NCBI GenBank assembly: GCA_903824595.1 | Contig: CAIJXH010000014.1 | Location: forward strand, 12,005-76,004 | Length of the DNA: 64,000 bases | Direction: 5' to 3' | From: an uncultured bacterium | GTDB lineage: Bacteria; Patescibacteriota; Minisyncoccia; Phycocordibacterales; UBA2100 | In this document: one piece after another, positions 40,226-50,501 of the stretch | Layout: the number at the start of each line of letters is the position of its first letter | Numbering within the stretch: the first letter of the stretch is position 1 | Notes under the pieces: model-generated | Told to the model about the DNA's origin: nothing | The model's input: the letters and a program-made list of their open reading frames with translations, nothing else | The model's database searches: none | Made by a program: the position numbers and the translations under genes

Positions 40226-41049
40226 ACGATCATCTTTGCTTTGATCGTGGGATGACTCTGATAGCCGACGAGCTGAATATCGTCCATCGTAAATCCGTCG
40301 ATAGTTTGCACGTGAGGATTGAGTGAGAGCTGCGGCAACGGAAACGGTTCGCGCGCAAGCTGTTCTTTCACTGCATCAAAATGTTCGTGATAAATATGTG
40401 CATCATTGAGCGTGAGAATACATTCATGCGCTTCTGTACCGGTCACCTGTGCCAACATCTGGAGAAGCAACGAGTACGATGCGATATTGAACGGCACCCC
40501 GAGAAACATATCGCAACTTCGTTGAATCATGTGGAGCGAAAGTTTACCGTTGGCAACAAAACACTGAAACATCATGTGGCATGGCGGCAACGCCATCATA
40601 TCGAGTTCGCCCGGATTCCAAGCCGAAACAATGAGGCGACGATCATTCGGAGTGTTTCGTATTTTTTCTACGAGTCGCGCAACCTGATCCACCTCACTGC
40701 CATCGGGCGCACGCCAATGACGCCACTGGACACCATACACGCGACCGAGATCGCCATCAAACTTTGCCTTCGGCTTCCAGTACGGCGCCTCCGCATTGTC
40801 GGTCCAAATCGTGCGCTCACTTCCATTCAATACCTTGAGGCGATTATCATCACCAGATCCTTCAAGAAACCACAAAAGCTCACTTTTTACCGCTTTGAAC
40901 GCGAGTTTCTTGGTTGTTACCGCAGGAAATCCATCCGTCATCTTGAAACGCATTTGTATCGCAAACAGCGCGCGCGTTGCACCATTACGTCCCGAACGAT
41001 CCACTCCCTCGTCCATGATCCGCTTGAGAATGTCGTTGTAGATTTTCAT
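40222..41049 (-). CDS. thyA: Thymidylate synthase
   Basis: RSGRNGATRALFAIQMRF, the active-site region LPPCHMMFQ, and 275 aa. It overlaps the folA start. Confidence 0.9.
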   Translation of the reverse strand: MKIYNDILKRIMDEGVDRSGRNGATRALFAIQMRFKMTDGFPAVTTKKLAFKAVKSELLWFLEGSGDDNRLKVLNGSERTIWTDNAEAPYWKPKAKFDGDLGRVYGVQWRHWRAPDGSEVDQVARLVEKIRNTPNDRRLIVSAWNPGELDMMALPPCHMMFQCFVANGKLSLHMIQRSCDMFLGVPFNIASYSLLLQMLAQVTGTEAHECILTLNDAHIYHEHFDAVKEQLAREPFPLPQLSLNPHVQTIDGFTMDDIQLVGYQSHPTIKAKMIV

Positions 41050-41054
41050 GGTAA

Positions 41055-41732
41055 TTATCTTTTCTTCTTGATGTCACGATCCGTATACAGCCGCGGCAAC
41101 ATCATCTCGGGCTTCCACTGTTTTTTCAAATCGGCAACAGAATCACCCGATTGATACTTACCTGCTTTGGCGTAATTATTTGCAAGAATGGGACCCGTTT
41201 CAAAAAATACTATCTGTGCGATGCGGCGACCGACGACAAGAGGAATGTAGTAGTGCGCGGAATTGTTGGTAATCTCCATCGTCCAGCGATTCGTGTAGCC
41301 CACATCGCCCCAGCCAGCACACTTGCACACCTCGATAAAACTTCTGCCCAAGCTGCTGCGTGCCTTCATCATGGTTGTGATATGTTCTCGGCCGCCGATG
41401 AACTCCTGCGTGTGCCCGAGAATAGTCTCGCCCGGCGCAAGCAAGATAATGCGTTCATCGGGACGAATCCCCTGCCACTCAAATTTGTATTGCGCCAAAA
41501 CCTCTCGCGCGGTCTTTGCCTTGTGCGGCACCGTACCCCACACACGTTCTACATGGTTTTTATCGTAAATATTGTAGATATTCTCAAAATGCTTCGGCGG
41601 TTGCTCGGCAAAATAGTATTCGCCAAGCGTCACGTCATAGCTCGACGTCGCCAAATTCTCCCGCACAAAGGGCTCAATCACCACCACCCTTTCTTTCATC
41701 GCCTCGAGAATTCGTTTGTCAGATAGTGCCAT
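41055..41732 (-). CDS. dcd: dCTP deaminase-family protein (dCTP deaminase / dUTPase fold)
   Basis: The N-terminus MALSDKRILEAMKERVVVIEPF and the ARSSLGRSFIEV motif. The start was chosen so that the gene does not overlap the divergent tmk. Confidence 0.7.
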   Translation of the reverse strand: MALSDKRILEAMKERVVVIEPFVRENLATSSYDVTLGEYYFAEQPPKHFENIYNIYDKNHVERVWGTVPHKAKTAREVLAQYKFEWQGIRPDERIILLAPGETILGHTQEFIGGREHITTMMKARSSLGRSFIEVCKCAGWGDVGYTNRWTMEITNNSAHYYIPLVVGRRIAQIVFFETGPILANNYAKAGKYQSGDSVADLKKQWKPEMMLPRLYTDRDIKKKR

Positions 41733-41771
41733 AGGTAGCGTGTCCAAAACTATAGCATATACTGTCGAATA

Positions 41772-42455
41772 ATGGCACGCGGGATTCTCATCGACATAGA
41801 AGGCGGCGACGGAAGCGGCAAAGGCACACAGACCAAACTTCTCGTGGCGCGACTCGAGAAAGAAGGTCGCGCAATGGTTTCGTTCTCCTTCCCCCGCTAC
41901 TATGAATCTCGCGCGGGCAAGCTCATCGGAGAATTGCTTGCCGGCAAACACGGCGACTTCATGAGTATGCCGCCGTATGTATCAGCGCTTCCCTATGCAA
42001 TGGATCGCGCAGGAGCTGCCGCCACCATACAGCAAGCACTGGAGGCAGAACATATTGTTGTCTGCGATCGCTACACACCGAGCAACATGGCACACCAGAG
42101 CGCCAAACTTCCCAAAGACGAACAGGGTGCACTCGCCGATTTTATTGAAGGACTCGAATACGGCGACCTTTCGATTCCGCGCCCCGATGTGGTGATATAT
42201 CTTTCCGTCCCTACCGACATTTCATCCGAGCTGGTGACGAAAAAAGCCGAACGCGGCTATTTGGGCACATCGGGCGGTCGCGATCAGGCCGAACGCAACC
42301 TCCCCCACCAAGATCGCGCCCGCGCAGCATACATGCGCCTCGCGAGCGAGAAAGGATGGCACGTCGTGGAATGCGTGCAAGGCGGTACCATGCGCACCCC
42401 CGAGGATATTCACACTGAAATTTGGTCGATTGTGCAAACTTGCCTGTCGCGATAG
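41772..42455 (+). CDS. tmk: Thymidylate kinase
   Basis: The P-loop IDIEGGDGSGKGTQ, the DRY-like motif VVCDRYTPSNMAHQ, and the LID region. Confidence 0.85.
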   Translation: MARGILIDIEGGDGSGKGTQTKLLVARLEKEGRAMVSFSFPRYYESRAGKLIGELLAGKHGDFMSMPPYVSALPYAMDRAGAAATIQQALEAEHIVVCDRYTPSNMAHQSAKLPKDEQGALADFIEGLEYGDLSIPRPDVVIYLSVPTDISSELVTKKAERGYLGTSGGRDQAERNLPHQDRARAAYMRLASEKGWHVVECVQGGTMRTPEDIHTEIWSIVQTCLSR

Positions 42456-42519
42456 GATTTCCCGTACGCGTATGACGTAATTTCATCCCGTACCATTTTA
42501 CTCATTCACCTATTCATAT

Positions 42520-43866
42520 ATGCACGCCTACCCTCGTATCAAAAAACAAGACCCAAAAATCTACAAGATGATCGAAAGAGAGTGGGATCGCCAAGCCGAC
42601 GGACTTGAGCTGATCCCCTCGGAGAATTACACCTCACCCGCAGTGATGGAAGCGATGGGAAGTATTCTCACCAATAAATACTCCGAGGGCTATCCCGGAC
42701 GCCGCTACTACGGTGGCAACGAATTCATCGACGAAATCGAACAAGAAGCGATCGACCGCACCAAGAAGATTTTCGGTGTCCCCTACGCCAACGTCCAGCC
42801 GTATTCCGGCTCCCCCGCCAATCTCGCCGTCTACGTCGCCACCTGCAAGCCCGGCGACACCGTGATGGGATTGAATTTGCCCGACGGCGGACACCTCACG
42901 CACGGCTGGAAATATTCCGCAACGGCGCAATTTTACAAGAGCGTCCCCTACCACGTGCGTCAAGACGGACGCGTCGATATGGAAGAAGTGCGTGCCCTTG
43001 CGCTCGAACACAAGCCGAAGCTCATCTGGGTCGGCGCGACGGCGTATCCGTACCAGTACGACTACGCCGCGTTTGCGAAAATCGCCGATGAGGTGGGCGC
43101 GTTCCTCGCGGCAGATATCGCGCACGTCGCCGGCTTGATAGTCGCAAGTGCACATCCATCGCCCGTGCCGCATGCGCACATCGTGACCACCACCACACAC
43201 AAGACGCTTCGCGGTCCGCGCGGCGGCATCATCATGACGACCGACCGCGGCATCAAGAAAGACGCCGAACTCGCGAGCCGCATCGACAAAGCCATCATCC
43301 CCGGACTCCAAGGTGGTCCACACAATCACCAAACCGCCGCAATCGCCATCGCACTCAAAGAAGCTGCCACGCCCGCCTTTCGCTCATACGGCAAGCAGAT
43401 CATAAAAAATGCAAAAGCGCTCGCCGATAGCTTGAAGACAAACGGCATGACACTCGTCTCGGGCGGCACGGAAAATCACCTCATCCTTCTCGATCTCGTG
43501 CCCATCTTCGGCGCAGGCGGCGGACATTTCGCGAGCGACGCGCTCGAAGCAGCGGGCATGACGGCAAATAAAAATACCATCCCCAAAGACCCCAGCTCCG
43601 CCTTCTATCCAAGCGGCGTCAGGATCGGCACGCCCGCCATCACCACCCGCGGCATGAAAGAAAAAGACATGAAGAAAGTCGGCGAATGGATCGCGCGCGC
43701 CATTCATGCGATTCAGGAGTATCGTTTGCCCGAAGGCAAAGACGCGCGCGTCGCCTACCTCGCACAGTGCAAAAAAGAGATCTTCCGCAACAAAGAGCTT
43801 CTCAAAATTCGCGCCGAAATCAAAACATTCTGCAAGAAGTTTGTGCTTCCCCATACTGCTCGATAG
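42520..43866 (+). CDS. glyA: Serine hydroxymethyltransferase
   Basis: LIPSENYTSPAVMEAMGS and the PLP-lysine region (TTTTHKTLRGPRGG). Confidence 0.95.
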   Translation: MHAYPRIKKQDPKIYKMIEREWDRQADGLELIPSENYTSPAVMEAMGSILTNKYSEGYPGRRYYGGNEFIDEIEQEAIDRTKKIFGVPYANVQPYSGSPANLAVYVATCKPGDTVMGLNLPDGGHLTHGWKYSATAQFYKSVPYHVRQDGRVDMEEVRALALEHKPKLIWVGATAYPYQYDYAAFAKIADEVGAFLAADIAHVAGLIVASAHPSPVPHAHIVTTTTHKTLRGPRGGIIMTTDRGIKKDAELASRIDKAIIPGLQGGPHNHQTAAIAIALKEAATPAFRSYGKQIIKNAKALADSLKTNGMTLVSGGTENHLILLDLVPIFGAGGGHFASDALEAAGMTANKNTIPKDPSSAFYPSGVRIGTPAITTRGMKEKDMKKVGEWIARAIHAIQEYRLPEGKDARVAYLAQCKKEIFRNKELLKIRAEIKTFCKKFVLPHTAR

Positions 43867-43900
43867 CGCCAACCCACGCTAAGCCGTATAATGCGTCACA

Positions 43901-45253
43901 ATGTCGGGCATAACACATCTCGATCTTGCGTCAATCATAGAAGTTGTCGGATACCCCGGAATATCACTGATGATATTCTTGGAATCAGGCGTATTGTTTG
44001 GATTTTTTCTTCCTGGCGCATCTCTTTTGTTTACCGCAGGCATCCTCGCATCGATCGGCATATTCAGCATGTGGACACTTCTACCCCTACTCTCTCTTGC
44101 TGGTATCGCAGGAGACAGTGTGGGATATTGGACTGGCATCTGGCTCGGCGACACGCTTTACAAAAGACCTCATTCGCGATTTTTCAGAAAAACTCATCTT
44201 GACGAGGCGCGCATGTTCTTTCAGCGCCATGGAGCCAAAGCAATATTTCTTGCCCGATTCATACCAGTGGTGCGCACCTTTACACCCATGGTTGCCGGTG
44301 CAGCAGACATGCACTACTGGACATTTCTACGCTGGAATGTATTCGGAGGCATACTATGGGTCAATTTGTTTGTGATTGCCGGATATGCCCTCGGACACAC
44401 CGTACCAGCGTCTGAACAATATCTCGCACCTATCTCAATCGGGATTATCGTAATAACACTGATACCCGTTATCGTGAGCTTGTTTCGTTCAAAATTCACG
44501 CACATCAAACCACAAGCGCTCATGCTCGACCTCGACGAAACACTCGCTCCAAATTTCCAGGCACCCGATGACGCAATGATAGAACGCATAGAACATATGC
44601 TCTCTCGCATACCCGTCGCTATTATCACCGGAGCATCGTATGATCGTGTATATTCTCACGTTGCCGCGCGCATCAAACCCGAGCTTCGTTTCAATCTATA
44701 CCTTTTCCCCACGAGTAGCGCCGAGGGATATAGATTCAAAGACGGTGCGTGGCACAAGGAATACGCTCATGAATTCAGTCAAGAAGAAAGCGAGTACGTG
44801 CTTCGCGCTATAGAACAAAGTGCTGTCGACACAGGTATTCTCAATGGATACACACCCCGCGGACAGCAGTATTTCAATCGATCAACGCAGATCGCATACA
44901 CGTTTCTTGGCATTGACGCAACACAAGATGATAAGTATTCATGGGATCAAGACGGCGCAAAACGTCGTCACTTCCTCGAAATACTTGCCAAAAAATTGCC
45001 CGCGTACGAGGTTCATATAGGAGGACGCACATCTATCGACATCACAAAAAAAGACATCACGAAAGCGCATGGCGTTGGTATATTTTCGCAATGGACACAT
45101 ATCCCGCCGCAGGCCATTCTCTACATAGGAGATGCGCTATTTCCCGGCGGCAACGACGCGGTAGTAATCCCAACAGGCGTTCATACCACGCACACAAGCG
45201 GTCCTGCCGAAACGGCATATCTTCTCGACACGCTACACAAGTCTTTTCAGTAG
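43901..45253 (+). CDS. Fusion protein with an N-terminal DedA/SNARE-associated membrane domain and a C-terminal HAD-like phosphatase
   Basis: The N-terminal 200 aa have the DedA signature ([33 protein letters not shown]). The C-terminus has [11 protein letters not shown] (HAD motif I) and [13 protein letters not shown] (motif IV). Confidence 0.7.
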   Translation: MSGITHLDLASIIEVVGYPGISLMIFLESGVLFGFFLPGASLLFTAGILASIGIFSMWTLLPLLSLAGIAGDSVGYWTGIWLGDTLYKRPHSRFFRKTHLDEARMFFQRHGAKAIFLARFIPVVRTFTPMVAGAADMHYWTFLRWNVFGGILWVNLFVIAGYALGHTVPASEQYLAPISIGIIVITLIPVIVSLFRSKFTHIKPQALMLDLDETLAPNFQAPDDAMIERIEHMLSRIPVAIITGASYDRVYSHVAARIKPELRFNLYLFPTSSAEGYRFKDGAWHKEYAHEFSQEESEYVLRAIEQSAVDTGILNGYTPRGQQYFNRSTQIAYTFLGIDATQDDKYSWDQDGAKRRHFLEILAKKLPAYEVHIGGRTSIDITKKDITKAHGVGIFSQWTHIPPQAILYIGDALFPGGNDAVVIPTGVHTTHTSGPAETAYLLDTLHKSFQ

Positions 45254-46494
45254 CTGCGCAGTTGTTTTGCGTTTTCGTGAAAACGAATACGCTCAAGAGC
45301 CTTTGCTTCAATCTGTCTGATGCGCTCGCGCGTCACACCGAATTCACGCCCAACTTCTTCAAGCGTAAAACATATTCCTTCATCGGTAAGACCATTGCGC
45401 ATCTCAAGAATTTTGCGCTCCTTCGGAGAAAGTTCATCCAAAATAGCACCCATTTGTTCTGAAAGAATGCGGCGTGACGCATCTTGATCAGGGCTGGCAA
45501 TAGAATCATCGGCAATAAACGACCCGAGCGTAGATCGCTCATCATCATCTTCACCCACAGGCGATTCCAACGACACTGTGTCCTGGTTTATTTTTTGGAT
45601 CGTATAGATCTTATCAACCTCGACACCCATTTCAGACGCTATTTCCTCGGGCAATGGATCCCGACCCAAATGCTGCGAGAGTTCACGCACTTTTTGTTTA
45701 TATTTTGCAATCGTCTCAACCATGTGCACTGGTATACGGATCGTGCGCGACTGATCTGCAAGCGCACGCGTTATTGCCTGTCTAATCCACCACGTGGCGT
45801 ACGTAGAGAACTTGTAACCTTTTGTGTGATCAAACTTATCAACCGCCTTGAAAAGCCCGAGATTGCCTTCTTGAATAAGATCAAGAAGCGTAAGATCGGG
45901 TGAACGATTCACGTACTTTTTTGCAATTGAAACAACAAGACGCAGGTTGCTTCGCGCGAGAATTGATCGCGCCTCGTCATCGCCCGCAATGATGCGTTTC
46001 GCCAAATCTTTTTCTTGCTCCCCATTGAGGAGCGGATATTGACCAATCTCGCGCAAATACATTTGCACAGAATCAAATCCCGCATCAGTGCGACGATGCT
46101 GAAGTTTTTTGCGTTCAAGTATAGAATCGACAGAGTCGTTCTCCAGCATACCTCCACCCTCGAGCACATCAATACCTGCGGTACCAAAACGCTCATACAT
46201 ACTTTCAAGCAATACCACATTGTCTTCGATGGTCGGAAATTCGCGCATGATCTCATCAAACGTTACATATCCGCGCTCTCGGCCAAGCGTAATGAGTGCT
46301 TCGACTTTCTCTTGCTGACGATTACGTCCAGAACCATTTTCCTTCACGCCTCTTGTCTTTTTCGTCGAAACTTTCGATGTACTCTCGACAGACTTGACCG
46401 ATGCGCGCGCACGGACAGCACGTCTAACAACCCTCTTTACCCGAGTCGGGGCGCGCTTCTTTGCGGTTCGTTTTTTTGTTTTTTTGATAGTCAT
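45247..46494 (-). CDS. rpoD: RNA polymerase primary sigma factor (sigma-70 family)
   Basis: Regions 2-4 are present ([31 protein letters not shown], and the region 4 HTH). Confidence 0.9.
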   Translation of the reverse strand: MTIKKTKKRTAKKRAPTRVKRVVRRAVRARASVKSVESTSKVSTKKTRGVKENGSGRNRQQEKVEALITLGRERGYVTFDEIMREFPTIEDNVVLLESMYERFGTAGIDVLEGGGMLENDSVDSILERKKLQHRRTDAGFDSVQMYLREIGQYPLLNGEQEKDLAKRIIAGDDEARSILARSNLRLVVSIAKKYVNRSPDLTLLDLIQEGNLGLFKAVDKFDHTKGYKFSTYATWWIRQAITRALADQSRTIRIPVHMVETIAKYKQKVRELSQHLGRDPLPEEIASEMGVEVDKIYTIQKINQDTVSLESPVGEDDDERSTLGSFIADDSIASPDQDASRRILSEQMGAILDELSPKERKILEMRNGLTDEGICFTLEEVGREFGVTRERIRQIEAKALERIRFHENAKQLRSY

Positions 46495-46620
46495 GTATTG
46501 AAATATAGCAAAAGCCGCACTCCCCCTTTTGGGAAGACGGGAAACGCTGCATATGTCGTCAAATGTGGCGTATTTGCTAGAACAAATCGCATCTACACTG
46601 ACGGTAGACCACAGTATACA

Positions 46621-48333
46621 CTAATCTTTGAGAGCTGCAATCTGGTCGGTCAATGCTTTTGCACACCCTAGAAGACGGCTCGTCTCTGCGTCATTCCCGC
46701 TCGATTCTGATCGCTTGAGCATACCCATCACCGCCTCAAGCTCATCAGACAATCGCCCCCGTGTGATCACACGCAAAAGAACTTCTGTTTCCGCCACCAA
46801 TCCGCCGCTAGCTCCATGTACTCGTTCGGCAGAAAAACGTAACTGTTCTTTCTCGGCTGAATCCAATAATTCAAGCTCATCAAACACAGGCGCGCCCACG
46901 GCGATTTTCAATCGATGGACGTAGGAATCAACATCAAACGTCGCGTTTTCGACCGATTTCTGCCATACGTAAATTGCGTATGCTTGTTTTGCTCGATTGA
47001 GAGAAGCCGGGCGAATGAAAGGGTCTTTCTCTTCTGTACGCGCGACCACAGGCACGCGGGCAAGCGCTTCAACAACGGCATTTTCAGAAACTCCGAGCGC
47101 TCCTGCTATCATACGCACATAGTGCTCACGTTTGAGTGGTTCTGTCACATCGGCAACAAAAGGTAGGACTGATTCATACACGGCTCGACGAAATCGATCC
47201 GCATGCGTCACGTGTTCACCAAGTACCGCGAGCAAAAACGCAATAATATCCTCTGCGTTACGAATACTGTTTTTCCATGCATCTGCTCCCTGTTTCACTA
47301 TGAGGTCTGCAGGATCAAGCCCAGAGGGCAGTCGCGCTACTTTTACGTTGAGATTGCACGCAAGAGCAGCACGAGCAGCGCGTCCAGCCGCCTTGATACC
47401 AGCCTGATCAGCGTCAAGCGCGATGACGATATTTTCGGTCATGCGACGGATAAGTGTCGCATGTTCTTGCGTAAACGCGGTTCCTGACACCGCTACCGTA
47501 TTGTTCCAACCAGCACCATGGCTCATGATCAAATCCATCTGCCCCTCAACGAGCACCGCGCAATTGCTCTTGCGCATAGACTGTTTTGCGCGATCAAACC
47601 CATACAGCAATTTCGATTTTTGGAACAGCGGCGTTTCGGGACTATTGAGATATTTTGGCGCATCTGGGTGCGCTTCGATCCCGAAAATACGACCAGAAAA
47701 ACCAACAACACGCCCTGCAGGATCGGAGATGGGAAACATAATACGGTTACGAAATTTGTCTATCAGTCCTCCGCGTTCGTTCTTCTTGGCAAGACCAGCA
47801 GCAACAATGTCAACCTCCGAGTATCCTTTACCTCTCAAATGTTCCGATAGCGCACTCCACGACGATTCAGCATATCCTAAACGAAATGATGTGATCAGCG
47901 CATCAGATACACCGCGTTCGTGGAGATACTCGACTGCCTCCGTAGAAAAACGAGAAGCGTAGAAAATAGTCGCGGCTTCCAAAAGTTCGAAAAGCCTATC
48001 ACGTTCGTGGCGCGCATCTCTTTCAGTCCCATGCTGGCGGACGATCTCAACCCCAGCTTTCTCGGCTAATACCACGAGCGCTCCCTTGAAATCAATTCCC
48101 TCGATCGCTTCGACAAAAGAAAACATATCGCCACCAACACCGCATCCAAAACAGTGATACGTTCCTCGTTCTGGAGACACGAAAAAAGAAGGCGTGCGTT
48201 CCGCATGGAAGGGACATCGCGCGCGCATTCCACCGCCAGTCCGCTCGAGCTTCACATACGGAGAAACCACGTCGATAATAGACAGGCGGTCTTTTATTTG
48301 TTGGACTGTGTCGCTCATGCCCTCATTATGCAC
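46621..48333 (-). CDS. dnaG: DNA primase
   Basis: The zinc ribbon CPFHAERTPSF...CFGCGVGGD and the TOPRIM domain. Confidence 0.9.
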   Translation of the reverse strand: MHNEGMSDTVQQIKDRLSIIDVVSPYVKLERTGGGMRARCPFHAERTPSFFVSPERGTYHCFGCGVGGDMFSFVEAIEGIDFKGALVVLAEKAGVEIVRQHGTERDARHERDRLFELLEAATIFYASRFSTEAVEYLHERGVSDALITSFRLGYAESSWSALSEHLRGKGYSEVDIVAAGLAKKNERGGLIDKFRNRIMFPISDPAGRVVGFSGRIFGIEAHPDAPKYLNSPETPLFQKSKLLYGFDRAKQSMRKSNCAVLVEGQMDLIMSHGAGWNNTVAVSGTAFTQEHATLIRRMTENIVIALDADQAGIKAAGRAARAALACNLNVKVARLPSGLDPADLIVKQGADAWKNSIRNAEDIIAFLLAVLGEHVTHADRFRRAVYESVLPFVADVTEPLKREHYVRMIAGALGVSENAVVEALARVPVVARTEEKDPFIRPASLNRAKQAYAIYVWQKSVENATFDVDSYVHRLKIAVGAPVFDELELLDSAEKEQLRFSAERVHGASGGLVAETEVLLRVITRGRLSDELEAVMGMLKRSESSGNDAETSRLLGCAKALTDQIAALKD

Positions 48334-48379
48334 CTACTGCATGTAGAACGCGAACAATAGAGTCGCGTAAATTCATATG

Positions 48380-48450
48380 TGGACCTACGGGGAGTCGGAC
48401 CCCGACCTCGTCCATGCCATGGACGCGTTCTACCGCTGAACTATAGGCCC
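48380..48450 (-). tRNA. tRNA-Ala, anticodon GGC
   Basis: Manual fold of the reverse complement: acceptor GGGCCTA / TAGGTCC with the G3:U70 Ala identity pair, D-arm GTTC-AGCGGTA-GAAC, anticodon loop ATGGCAT, and T-arm CGGGG-TCCGACT-CCCCG. CCA is not encoded. Confidence 0.7.
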
Positions 48451-48518
48451 CTCACGATTCATTCTAGCAAAACCCTCACACGTACGCGAGTGTACCGCTT
48501 ACCAACGCGCGCACCAAG

Positions 48519-48590
48519 TGCCCTCGGCAGGAATCGAACCTGCATCGGCTCCTTCGGAGGGAGCCATCCTATCCATTGAACGACGAGAGC
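48519..48590 (-). tRNA. tRNA-Arg, anticodon CCG
   Basis: Manual fold: acceptor GCTCTCG / CGAGGGC, anticodon stem-loop GCTCC-CTCCGAA-GGAGC, and T-arm GCAGG-TTCGATT-CCTGC. Confidence 0.65.
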
Positions 48591-48613
48591 GGCATTTTGA
48601 CTGTATCACTTCT

Positions 48614-49561
48614 CTATTCTGATTCAAAGAGCTCCGTCAAAGATTTATGTTGTTCGATACGTTTTATGGCATCGGCGAACAGATGCGCGACAGAAACACA
48701 CTCAATCTTTGGTGAAAGTGATTCGCGTATCGCAATCGTATCAGTGATAAACAAACGCGACAATGGCGACCGTTCGATCTTTTCAGACGCATCACCAGAC
48801 AACACGCCATGAGTTACCGCAGCATATACGTCACGCGCTCCATTGTGGATCAAAAGCTCGGCTGCCGTTACCAGCGTGCCGCATGTATCAGCAATATCGT
48901 CGATAATCAAGGCAATCTTTCCACGCACATCGCCTACCAACTTCATACGCGCAACATGATTCGGTATGTCACGTTCTTTGTGAATAAGCGCAAGGTCTGC
49001 CGAACGCATCAGGCGTTTCGCGTACGACTGAGCTCGCGCCACCCCGCCCGCGTCAGGAGACACAACCACAATTTCATCTTTCGCGATCGCCTTTTTGAAA
49101 AAAGAGCGCATGTGCGCCACCAACACGGGCCGAGCGTACAGATACTCAAGATTTGTCGTGCGGAAAAATCCTCCGATTGCGCTATTGTGAAGATCCATAG
49201 TGAGAACGCGGGACGCGCCTATGTGTTCCAGCAGCATGGCGAACACGCGCGCCGCAATCGGCTCGCGCGGCTTCGATTTTCGATCTTGACGTGCATATCC
49301 AAAATACGGAATGACCACATTGACAGAACGAGCAGAAGCGCCGCGCGCCGCATCGATTGCAAGCAAAAGACGCACCCAGTGTTCGGCAGGCGCATTGGTC
49401 GATTGGATCAGAAATATATCTCGCCCGCGCAAACTATCTTGAAATTGCACGTACTGTTCGCCATCAGCAAAAACTTTGCAGGTGACAACACCAAGCCTAA
49501 CCGACAATCGTGCCGCGATCTTTTTCGCGATGCCATCATTACTGCCAAGACTGTATATCAT
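48614..49561 (-). CDS. prs: Ribose-phosphate pyrophosphokinase
   Basis: VFADGEQYVQFQDSLRGRDIFLIQS and the PRPP-binding loop IIDDIADTCGT. Confidence 0.9.
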   Translation of the reverse strand: MIYSLGSNDGIAKKIAARLSVRLGVVTCKVFADGEQYVQFQDSLRGRDIFLIQSTNAPAEHWVRLLLAIDAARGASARSVNVVIPYFGYARQDRKSKPREPIAARVFAMLLEHIGASRVLTMDLHNSAIGGFFRTTNLEYLYARPVLVAHMRSFFKKAIAKDEIVVVSPDAGGVARAQSYAKRLMRSADLALIHKERDIPNHVARMKLVGDVRGKIALIIDDIADTCGTLVTAAELLIHNGARDVYAAVTHGVLSGDASEKIERSPLSRLFITDTIAIRESLSPKIECVSVAHLFADAIKRIEQHKSLTELFESE

Positions 49562-49612
49562 CGATTCCATATGCACGAATACATGCAAGTATAGCAAACC
49601 ACGCATGATATA

Positions 49613-50491
49613 GTGAACGTATATGAGTATTATCCATATAGAAAAATGATTCTTATCAGCATACTACGATCATCTATGTACACACTTATCGCTGGTTTGT
49701 TTATGTCGTCAGGAATCTTTGGATTCGGCTTTACTCACGGTCACGCGCCTATTATCAGGTCACGCCCATCACCCACCCCAGCCCCAGTGCTCACGCCTGC
49801 ATTTCAAATACAATTTTCAGGCACTCCGTCGTTTGACGATCGCGCGTCGATATACGATCTCGATCTGTACGACACTGCCCAAGCCGACGTGCAGAAAGCA
49901 CACGCGCGAGGCAAAAAAGTACTCTGTTATATCAACGCCGGCGCCGTGGAAGACTGGAGACCAGACGCATCACAATTTCCCCCGTCTGTCGTAGGAAATG
50001 CGTACGCTGGATGGGCAGGCGAACACTGGCTCGACATACGAGCAATCGATCGCCTCGCGCCAATCATGTCGGCGCGTATTCAATTGTGTGCGGACAAAGG
50101 ATTCGACGGCATTGATTTTGACAACATGAACAGTTTTGAGAACAACACGGGTTTCCCGCTACAAGCATCAGATCAAATAACATACAACACGTGGCTCGCT
50201 TCACTCGCTCACGCAAAACACGTATTGGTTGGACTAAAGAATGATCCTTCACAAGCCAACACGCTTGTCGGTGTATTTGATTTTGCCATCGTCGAGAGCT
50301 GTGCCGCAGAGGGCTGGTGTACTGATTTCTCGCCATTTACCGCCGCTCACAAGCCCGTGTACGCCATTGAATACACAGATGTCACATCAGCAGCAGCGTT
50401 CAAAACATATTGCAAACGGTATACCGCCCAAGGGTACAACCTCGTTTTGAAACACCAATCTCTCGATGCGTGGGCGCAGTGGTGTCAGTAG
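49613..50491 (+). CDS. Secreted glycoside hydrolase family 114 (endo-alpha-1,4-polygalactosaminidase-like)
   Basis: GKKVLCYINAGAVEDWRPD...GWAGEHWLDIR...GFDGIDFDNMNSFEN...VGLKND...FDFAIVESC matches the GH114 TIM-barrel signature blocks. Confidence 0.7.
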   Translation: MNVYEYYPYRKMILISILRSSMYTLIAGLFMSSGIFGFGFTHGHAPIIRSRPSPTPAPVLTPAFQIQFSGTPSFDDRASIYDLDLYDTAQADVQKAHARGKKVLCYINAGAVEDWRPDASQFPPSVVGNAYAGWAGEHWLDIRAIDRLAPIMSARIQLCADKGFDGIDFDNMNSFENNTGFPLQASDQITYNTWLASLAHAKHVLVGLKNDPSQANTLVGVFDFAIVESCAAEGWCTDFSPFTAAHKPVYAIEYTDVTSAAAFKTYCKRYTAQGYNLVLKHQSLDAWAQWCQ

Positions 50492-50501
50492 GACACGCCT
50501 T

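Noticed and set aside
48379-48453. Alternative acceptor-stem register for the tRNA-Ala starting one base earlier (GGGGCCT)
   Set aside because: That register leaves a G-G mismatch at 4:69. The GGGCCTA register pairs fully and yields the diagnostic G3:U70 of tRNA-Ala.
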